Positions 1 through 6,341 of a stretch of DNA of 33,277 bases are shown one piece after another (position 1 is the first letter of the stretch; the number at the start of each line of letters is the position of its first letter). The stretch is from FCB group bacterium. GTDB lineage: Bacteria > Zixibacteria > MSB-5A5 > GN15 > JAAZOE01. Below the pieces are notes generated by a model. That model saw only the letters and a program-made list of their open reading frames with translations, did not search any database and was not told the DNA's origin. A program made the position numbers and the translations under genes. The stretch spans positions 1-33,277 of the forward strand of contig JAAEQF010000099.1 in the NCBI GenBank assembly GCA_024231695.1, given 5' to 3'.

Positions 1-1602
1 AAAATCTATTGCCTGCTTCCAATTTGTGCTCAGCCAAGTTTTAATCTTTTCCATATTCTCGGTGAAATTGAAAACGAAACCGCGAACAACTTCGTAGAAA
101 TCAGCAGCCGCTTTCTTTGCCATGTTCCAAGCATTAGTAAGCCCACCTGGACCCATTAACATAGCAACAACGGCCCCATGAGCGGTAGCAACTGCCGACA
201 TCGCAGTGCCCCATACGGCAACGGCCGCAGCGACGGCAATGATAATACCTAGCGCAGGAAGTCCAATCGAAAAGATTGTCGCGAACGCGGTTACAATCGA
301 GCCGATCATCGAACCCATAACTGCCAATGCCATGAGTGCGGGTCCAGCAGCGGCGGCAATGGCTGCGATTGCAACCACAACGCGTTTAACAGGTGCGGAC
401 AACGCAAGCCATCCCTTGGCCGCCCATTTCAAAAACGACGTCATCCTAGCGACAACAGGCTGGAGAACTTCACCGATGGACACAAAGACCGCAACCGCTG
501 TTTGGCGCAACTGCCCGAGCGAAAACGCCATCGTGTCGGTCATTTTCTGATACGCGGTTTCTGTCGCACCTGCACGATTGCCCATTGCCTCCAAGTCAGC
601 GGCGAGACCTTCCATGTTGCCAAGTGCGGGTAGCACACCACGCATGGCGCGAATATTCGGGAAGAGTTTCGCAATTGCATCTGGCGGTAATTTTGATATA
701 CGTTTGAAGACGTTAAATAGACCCTCCGCCTTCAACGTCGCGGCATTAAGTTCAAAGCCGCCGCCCTCTAAGCTGCTTGCAAATTCTACGGCCTCTTTCG
801 TTGGTGCAAGGAATGTCGAGAGGATCGCAGACAAGCTAGTAATCGCGTCTTCCGTCTTTACACCTGCCCGAGTCATCGTTGCAAGGGACGCTCCCATTTC
901 GTCGATGCTAACTCCAGACTGTGCTGCTAGAGATGCAACTTTTCCAATGTTCGGCGCTAATTCTCCGAACGTGGTTTTACCAGCTTTGACCGTCTTAAAT
1001 AACGCGTCGGATACATCAAGGGCATTGTCAGCAGACATCCCGTATGAGTTGAGGATCGTTGTGATCGCGTCAGCAGCAACCCCGGTGTCTGTCATGCCAG
1101 CCTTAGCTGCCTTTGCCGATACGCCGAGAACGTCAAGTGCTTTTGCCGGGGCAATTGACGCTGAAAGAATGTCGTACAAGCCAGCGGTCAGTGTCTCAGT
1201 GCTCTCGCCGAACTCAATCGACATTTCGCGGACGCTTTCGGTGAACCCGTCCATGTGCATGCCGGTGTCGTCGACCATCGTCGAGACGTTCGCCATTTGT
1301 TGCTCGAAGTCGGCAAATGTCTTAACGCCAACGCCCGCAATTAAAGCAAGTGGGCCTGTCACAAATGCAGTCATGCTTCTCGACGCATTACGGATGTTGG
1401 AAGAAAAACCCTTTATCCTTGCCCCTGTCGCAGACAACGCCGCGCCGATTTTAACCGACGTACCTGTTATCTTTTTCGCTTGCTTTTCAAATCCGCTAAC
1501 AGCCGCTTCCAGGTCAGACTGTGCCTTCTTAACAACGGCAGTATATTTAGTCGCATTTGCAACAAACGTTACAACAATTTTATCGACTTCTTGTCCCGAC
1601 AT
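1..1602 (-). CDS. Tail tape-measure protein, N-terminal ~534 aa; the gene runs off the left edge of the window
   Basis: ATG at 1602 is preceded by a GGTGA RBS and lies 19 nt after the T-segment stop. The minus-strand frame was translated by hand and is open all the way to position 1. It is Ala/Gly/Ser-rich and helical, and the segment '...LAAQSGVSIDEMGASLATMTRAGV...' matches the phage tape-measure core. Its position directly after G/G-T is canonical. The + strand ORFs 206-550 and 578-1624 are its antisense. Confidence 0.75.
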   Translation of the reverse strand, partial: MSGQEVDKIVVTFVANATKYTAVVKKAQSDLEAAVSGFEKQAKKITGTSVKIGAALSATGARIKGFSSNIRNASRSMTAFVTGPLALIAGVGVKTFADFEQQMANVSTMVDDTGMHMDGFTESVREMSIEFGESTETLTAGLYDILSASIAPAKALDVLGVSAKAAKAGMTDTGVAADAITTILNSYGMSADNALDVSDALFKTVKAGKTTFGELAPNIGKVASLAAQSGVSIDEMGASLATMTRAGVKTEDAITSLSAILSTFLAPTKEAVEFASSLEGGGFELNAATLKAEGLFNVFKRISKLPPDAIAKLFPNIRAMRGVLPALGNMEGLAADLEAMGNRAGATETAYQKMTDTMAFSLGQLRQTAVAVFVSIGEVLQPVVARMTSFLKWAAKGWLALSAPVKRVVVAIAAIAAAAGPALMALAVMGSMIGSIVTAFATIFSIGLPALGIIIAVAAAVAVWGTAMSAVATAHGAVVAMLMGPGGLTNAWNMAKKAAADFYEVVRGFVFNFTENMEKIKTWLSTNWKQAIDF

Positions 1603-1620
1603 TTTCGTCACCGTTTGTTA

Positions 1621-1958
1621 CTAAGGTTTTTTGACACCACCTACAATTGCTCCCCACGCGGCTTTTTGTGATTCCACTTCTGCTTTCGTCATTCGCTTTG
1701 GCGGCCCGCCCTTGGTCTCGAATTTTATCAGCAATTGCTCCGTTTTTACCGACAGGGGTTTCTTCGAGTTTCCGCGCCTGACTTCAGCAGCAACCTGCGC
1801 CATGTAGTATCGGTCTGGATTAAACGCGTTGGCTTCCATTTCCCAATACGCGAGCCATTCGATATATTCTTTGTGCGTGTGCCGTCGCTTGCATTCCTGA
1901 ACAGTCATTCCCAACGTTGCGGCCAGCTTGTGCCAGCCGCCGCCGTTGAGATTCAGTC
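1621..1958 (-). CDS. T-segment of the G-T tail assembly chaperone fusion, reached by a -1 programmed frameshift from the G frame
   Basis: The -1 frame relative to G is open from the slippery site (hand-translated ...K-K-R-L-N-L-N-G-G-G-W-H-K...) through the annotated 97-aa ORF to TAG at 1621. The frame arithmetic was checked: G codons start at coordinates congruent to 2 mod 3 and the T frame at 0 mod 3, which is +1 in coordinate and therefore -1 on the minus-strand mRNA. Confidence 0.6.
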
Positions 1959-2330
1959 GTTTTTTGCCTCTTCCTTGGCGTCTTTCGCGTACTCGCCAAG
2001 TCCGCTCATTTCCTGCGCTTTGTCGTAAAGGCTATCTACAACACGGCTAGGCCAGTTGCGGATTTCAGATTCTTCTACCTTCTTGCGGTTGCCGTCGCCC
2101 AGCACTTCCATGACAGCCATTGATAGCAGCCGGGTTTTAATGCCGTCGATATTCGTAGCGCGGACTTTGTCGCCCGTGCCCGTCGTTTTACTGACACAAA
2201 ACGTGCCGTAAGAATCGCTCTCGGCGCCCGTGACTTCGCGCACGACAAAAGACCGGGTCAGGCCTTCCTTGCTTTTGACGTCGAAAGGATACTCTGCCAT
2301 TTCCAGTGAAAAACTTTGTACGTCGGTCAT
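1953..2330 (-). CDS. Tail assembly chaperone (lambda gpG-like)
   Basis: A 125-aa acidic protein between the major tail gene and the tape-measure gene. It ends 2 codons after an A-AAA-AAC slippery heptamer. Confidence 0.65.
   Translation of the reverse strand: MTDVQSFSLEMAEYPFDVKSKEGLTRSFVVREVTGAESDSYGTFCVSKTTGTGDKVRATNIDGIKTRLLSMAVMEVLGDGNRKKVEESEIRNWPSRVVDSLYDKAQEMSGLGEYAKDAKEEAKND
1959..1965 (-). promoter_or_regulatory. -1 ribosomal frameshift slippery heptamer A_AAA_AAC, 2 codons before the G stop
   Basis: The mRNA reads GCA AAA AAC GAC TGA and the heptamer fits X XXY YYZ. A -1 slip lands in the open T frame. This is established for the G/GT genes of siphoviruses. Confidence 0.55.
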
Positions 2331-2356
2331 CGTTGGTGGTCTCCTTTGATGATGAT

Positions 2357-2393
2357 AAAAGTAAAAACCAGCCGCCGGTTTTATGCGGCGACT
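2357..2393 (-). terminator. Candidate intrinsic terminator/attenuator between the major tail gene and G
   Basis: The minus-strand RNA reads AGUCGCCG-CAUAAAAC-CGGCGGCU, an 8-bp stem with one G.U pair, followed by GGUUUUUACUUUU. Confidence 0.4.
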
Positions 2394-2408
2394 GACCTTG
2401 TCGGGTGA

Positions 2409-2840
2409 TTACGTTGCGGCCGTCCAGTCGGGTGCAGTCTCCGCGCCTGTGCTGGAATGCACGTTCGTCGGGATGATTGTGAAATCACCAGTCGGCATTT
2501 CGCCTTCCGTCAATTCGCCCGGCGTGAATTCGTTAAGGAATCCATAAAACGCATACGTCGACGTATCGGGGAATGTGATCGTGATTAGCTGGTTCGTGCC
2601 AATCATTGCAAGCAGGTCATCATACGATTCAGTGTCGTACGCCGACGTGCCAGACGCTTCAGTCGAAGTCTTGAGCGACTTAGGCGCAAACGTGCGGTAG
2701 GTCGTGTTGCTCATTGTCGTGGTGTCAATCGAGCCCTCGCCGGAAAGCCCGGGTGGGGTGATTGATACATGATAGAGCTTAGTTGTCGTGGCCGTCGCAA
2801 ACGTGATTGTTGTCTGGAAGCCATCTTCGAGTTTAGCCAT
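2409..2840 (-). CDS. Major tail (tube) protein
   Basis: A 143-aa Thr/Ser-rich beta-type protein immediately upstream of G/G-T, with the composition typical of siphovirus major tail proteins. A terminator-like hairpin follows it. Confidence 0.7.
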   Translation of the reverse strand: MAKLEDGFQTTITFATATTTKLYHVSITPPGLSGEGSIDTTTMSNTTYRTFAPKSLKTSTEASGTSAYDTESYDDLLAMIGTNQLITITFPDTSTYAFYGFLNEFTPGELTEGEMPTGDFTIIPTNVHSSTGAETAPDWTAAT

Positions 2841-2938
2841 TTTTAACTCTCCTTGTGATTGCCAGCCGCCAATCGACAGTGGCCTTCTCTGTTTTGTCCG
2901 CCTGCATTATTGCAACCGAACGGGAATTTCGCAATACG

Positions 2939-3379
2939 CTAATTTTTTGAAGCGGTCATAACTCCGTTGACGGAATGGAATTTTCGTCCACGGCCTTCTG
3001 GTTCTGCACCGATGTCCAATATCTGCCCGGTTCGTGAAAGGTTCTGTAGTGTGTAGGTCGAGCCGTCGACCGTTACTTCCGTCCTGAATACCGCGTCAAT
3101 GACGTTGGCTATGTCGTTTGCTTTTGCCCTGCCAGCAGACCGATTCCGAGAACGGACCATAATTTGAAACCCTGGATGCTCGATGTGCTCGCCTGTGTCA
3201 ATGACGCGGCCGTCAGTCCGCCCTGCCGTGTCGTAACAGACGATTGCGTCATCGTTGATATCGTCCGAGTCTGGTAAAAACGTCGCGTACACGGGCCATG
3301 CGTTGCCGCCTTGGACGGACGTGCCGAGACCTGCGTCAATCAGGAATTTCTGCACCAGTCTGGATTGTTCAATGTCCAT
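2939..3379 (-). CDS. Putative tail terminator / tail completion protein (lambda U-like position)
   Basis: A 146-aa protein directly preceding the major tail gene, called by synteny only. Confidence 0.4.
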   Translation of the reverse strand: MDIEQSRLVQKFLIDAGLGTSVQGGNAWPVYATFLPDSDDINDDAIVCYDTAGRTDGRVIDTGEHIEHPGFQIMVRSRNRSAGRAKANDIANVIDAVFRTEVTVDGSTYTLQNLSRTGQILDIGAEPEGRGRKFHSVNGVMTASKN

Positions 3380-3888
3380 TATTTCTTTCTCATCTGTTCC
3401 GCGACTTTAGCAATGTATTTCTTTCGGTTCTCGCGAGCTGGCTTTTCAAGGTATTTATATTGCTGGTTTACACCACGCGTTGCCTTGTGAACCTTGCCTT
3501 TGGCTTTAACTGCACCGGCAGAATCCTCGTCTTTCTTTTTTCCCTTCACGGGCTTTTTGCGTTTGCCTTGTGCTGTCTTTTTTTTGCCTTCTTTTAACTG
3601 GCGATTAAATTCTGCACCGTGCGCTGCGTTCGGGTTCTCATGGACGTAAACCGCATATTTTGCGCTGTACTCGACCGATGCCTCTCTATCAAACCCGCGA
3701 CCTTCAAGCACAGTCTTTCCCGATGCCTTTAGCGGCCCAAGATCAACTGGTACGATCTCTTTGCTGTCGCGCTCTAATTCATTCGCCGCACGTCGCAAGC
3801 CAATCTGTGCATTCCTTGCGTGTCGTTTCTCTGCCGACTTCATGGCATTTAATACGCCGCGTAATCCAGTTACGTTTTTCTTTGCCAT
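3379..3888 (-). CDS. HK97 gp10-family neck/tail-completion protein with a Lys-rich C-terminal extension
   Basis: The N-terminal ~100 aa ('...IVPVDLGPLKASGKTVLEG...YAVYVHEN') resembles the HK97 gp10 family. The C-terminal ~60 aa is Lys-rich (KKKTAQGKRKKPVKGKKK...). Confidence 0.55.
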   Translation of the reverse strand: MAKKNVTGLRGVLNAMKSAEKRHARNAQIGLRRAANELERDSKEIVPVDLGPLKASGKTVLEGRGFDREASVEYSAKYAVYVHENPNAAHGAEFNRQLKEGKKKTAQGKRKKPVKGKKKDEDSAGAVKAKGKVHKATRGVNQQYKYLEKPARENRKKYIAKVAEQMRKK

Positions 3889-3901
3889 GTTCCGGCCTCC
3901 G

Positions 3902-4255
3902 CTACAGGATCGCCGTTCTCAAAGTGTTGCCGCTCGTTTTTGTCGTTACCCTTAATTTCGGCAACGTCTGAAACTGCCGAATCGGGTACGCGTCTTTGTC
4001 GTCAATCGGAAACGAAGGTGCATCGGCAAGTTCACCTTCCCATAGCAAGCCGCCGATTTCCAAGTCGCGGTCGACATAAACAATGGCTTGCGATACCTGG
4101 TTCTCGCCCTGGCCATCTATAAAGCGAACTGCGTCGGTTTCCCATCTGCACGGGATTCCGACGCCAGCCGCGAAGGATTGTTCGCCAAGCGAATCATAGC
4201 CATTCGGCGCGTAATAAACGGCCGTCTGCGTTCGCATTGAGGTAATTAAACCCAT
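3902..4255 (-). CDS. Putative head-tail joining protein (gp9/FII-like position)
   Basis: A 117-aa protein upstream of the gp10-like gene, called by synteny and size. Confidence 0.4.
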   Translation of the reverse strand: MGLITSMRTQTAVYYAPNGYDSLGEQSFAAGVGIPCRWETDAVRFIDGQGENQVSQAIVYVDRDLEIGGLLWEGELADAPSFPIDDKDAYPIRQFQTLPKLRVTTKTSGNTLRTAIL

Positions 4256-4266
4256 TGGTTACGATC

Positions 4267-4599
4267 CTACAGGGTGAAAACGCCGATTGTTACCGTGGTC
4301 GTCACTGAACACGTCACGGTTGCGATTCCGCCGGAGACGCCGCCTGTGGAATACGTCCCAACAGGGAACGGGCCAATCAGTCGAGACTCGCCGGCAGGAA
4401 CCGCAACTATCCTGTCGTCTACGTCGAGCCCGTCGACGGTTTTAGGCGTTGCAATTGTCACGTTGATCGAGCCGCCGCTGCCGTTGGCGACCTCGATAAA
4501 TTCACGCCCGGTATTCGCGAACGTGTCCGATGCTGCAACCGCCGACAATACAGGCGAAAGCCCGCTACTTGCGATCTGTTGCGCTGTGAGTGATGCCAT
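4267..4599 (-). CDS. Small virion-associated protein; paralog of the N-terminal domain of the esterase spike
   Basis: 'AASDTFANTGREFIEV...INVTIATPKTVDGLDVDD...VPAGESRLIGPF' aligns with 'AASGDTFSNFGRKFFILF...VVVTIKTEKVFDGDLELEDQEFTVPALGRRLAGPF' at the start of the 6342-8993 protein. Confidence 0.5.
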   Translation of the reverse strand: MASLTAQQIASSGLSPVLSAVAASDTFANTGREFIEVANGSGGSINVTIATPKTVDGLDVDDRIVAVPAGESRLIGPFPVGTYSTGGVSGGIATVTCSVTTTVTIGVFTL

Positions 4600-4603
4600 T
4601 TAA

Positions 4604-4831
4604 TCAGGTCTCCTTTTTGGTTTCTACTTGCGAAATTTCGTTTGATTCTGCCGATACTTCAATCGGCTTGAATTTCGGTTTCTGTCTCGTGATCCGTACC
4701 GCTGTTACGTCGCATGACTCCTGCTCGAAAAGGGTTGCACCTTTGAGCTTGGGAACGATGCCTCGAATCGCATCGGCCACGGCTTTGCGGTTGATTGGTC
4801 TGACGTATAGTGTTTTTTGTGCGTGGCTCAT
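4604..4831 (-). CDS. Hypothetical small protein (75 aa), basic C-terminus
   Basis: Its first 8 codons (MSHAQKTL) and RBS region are near-identical to those of the next gene upstream. Confidence 0.4.
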   Translation of the reverse strand: MSHAQKTLYVRPINRKAVADAIRGIVPKLKGATLFEQESCDVTAVRITRQKPKFKPIEVSAESNEISQVETKKET

Positions 4832-4833
4832 AT

Positions 4834-5019
4834 CTATCTCGCTTCAACTAGCTTTGATGGATTTTCCCAAGTGCCGTCTTCGTCGTTCCAGCCCCATCCG
4901 TTACTTTCAAAATCTTGCGTTTCTTCCTCTGTCAGTTTCTTGCCGTGAAGACACAAGTAAAGAGCGTCGGTAACAATACGCCTGTTTTCTTCGCTCAGTG
5001 TTTTTTGTGAGTGGCTCAT
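4834..5019 (-). CDS. Hypothetical small protein (61 aa), acidic/Trp-rich C-terminus
   Basis: It begins MSHSQKTL, sharing a start region with 4604-4831. Confidence 0.4.
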   Translation of the reverse strand: MSHSQKTLSEENRRIVTDALYLCLHGKKLTEEETQDFESNGWGWNDEDGTWENPSKLVEAR

Positions 5020-6335
5020 TATTTGTACTCCGGTGTGACGTAGGAAGTGGGTGTTCCAGCCCCGTCGTCGCTATGGGTTACCGTGTGCCCTGTGCCTACT
5101 ACTGCGAAACCGCCTGTTGTTTCTGCCTCTGCTGATGTCATTACGATGTTGTACTCTGGCGAATCACCCGGCGTGTCCGCAAGGTAATCACCACCCATGT
5201 AATTCGCTCTGTCAACTGCGTCCATTGCGTATGTTTTGAATATACCGAAGTCTTTGAGTGTGCCGTCGAGATATCCACCGCTATTCCTGTCGAAACCGAG
5301 TATCAACGAGCTAGTGAATGCAATCGCATCAATAATGCCAACCGTCGTCGTTGCGGGTGTCGTGGGGTCGTCAACATAGAGGTTGAAGTCCGCCCCGTCC
5401 CGACTGAGTATTAGTGAATGCCAGTCGGTGTCGTCTACCGAATCCGAGAATAATTGCGTGTCGTGGCCATCGCCGTCCTCTATCCTGACCCTGACTTTAC
5501 CGCCATTGACGCCATCGTCGCTCTCTATGACATAGCAATGTAATGAATGATTTGCCCCCGCTGCCCCAATGCTGAATAAATAACTGTGGTCTGTCCCGTG
5601 ACTGTTCAATTTGAACCGAATCGCCACCGACCAGTCGCCGTCTTGCAACTGCATGTCTGTACTGGCAGTTCCAGTCGTATACGAATTCGTTCCGTCATAC
5701 CCCCACCCCTGAACACAATATTCATCTCGCATCGCGGTCATCGCTTCGGAAACCTGTGCGTCGGAAAGAGCGTAGTCGTAGAAGGCAATGGTAGGGATGT
5801 TGCCGGTGAAGGGGGAAGACGGACCCGAGTCGAGCCCGCCAAAAAAAGTCACAGCAGACACCAAGTCCACATCGTAATTACTCGAATTAAATGTTGCGTC
5901 TTCGTCGGGATTGCTTGCGTTATCTACATATAGGTAAGCACTGCCCCCGGCCCCTTCATTGACGATACAAATGATAAGTTTATTGCCTTCGATATTTGCA
6001 ATGCTTTTGGTGCATTGCCCGATAGTATCTCCATTGGAGTCGTATTGGCGAACGCGAATGTATCCAGAACTGCCCGCCTTACAGTAAATGTCAAACGCCG
6101 AATCATCATTCTTCGCTCGCAGAATATATGGGTACGCCTCTGTCTGCACTCCCCCCTCTACCACCATCATCACCGTACTCGCCTGTTTACCACCCAGTAT
6201 CTTACCCAAATCAGCCGATGCCATGACATCACCGCCGTCAAAAGACATAGCGTCTTTGCGGTTCCATCGCATTGTGGCTTCGAGGATGGTGGGGCATTTA
6301 GCGGAAGTCGATTGCTTGAAATTATAGTCGGACAT
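5019..6335 (-). CDS. Fibre/receptor-binding-like protein with two concanavalin/LamG-like domains
   Basis: Two beta-sandwich regions carry LamG-type signatures ('DGDWSVAIRFKLNS...DWHSLILSRDGADFNLYVDD', 'LKDFGIFKTYAMD'). Confidence 0.6.
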   Translation of the reverse strand: MSDYNFKQSTSAKCPTILEATMRWNRKDAMSFDGGDVMASADLGKILGGKQASTVMMVVEGGVQTEAYPYILRAKNDDSAFDIYCKAGSSGYIRVRQYDSNGDTIGQCTKSIANIEGNKLIICIVNEGAGGSAYLYVDNASNPDEDATFNSSNYDVDLVSAVTFFGGLDSGPSSPFTGNIPTIAFYDYALSDAQVSEAMTAMRDEYCVQGWGYDGTNSYTTGTASTDMQLQDGDWSVAIRFKLNSHGTDHSYLFSIGAAGANHSLHCYVIESDDGVNGGKVRVRIEDGDGHDTQLFSDSVDDTDWHSLILSRDGADFNLYVDDPTTPATTTVGIIDAIAFTSSLILGFDRNSGGYLDGTLKDFGIFKTYAMDAVDRANYMGGDYLADTPGDSPEYNIVMTSAEAETTGGFAVVGTGHTVTHSDDGAGTPTSYVTPEYK

Positions 6336-6341
6336 GATGCT

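Noticed and set aside
206-1624. Plus-strand ORFs 206-550 and 578-1624 (Ala/Ser-rich 'proteins')
   Set aside because: They are antisense to the hand-verified open minus-strand tape-measure reading frame. The composition is low-complexity, as expected opposite a GC-rich Ala/Gly-rich gene, and there is no RBS or context.
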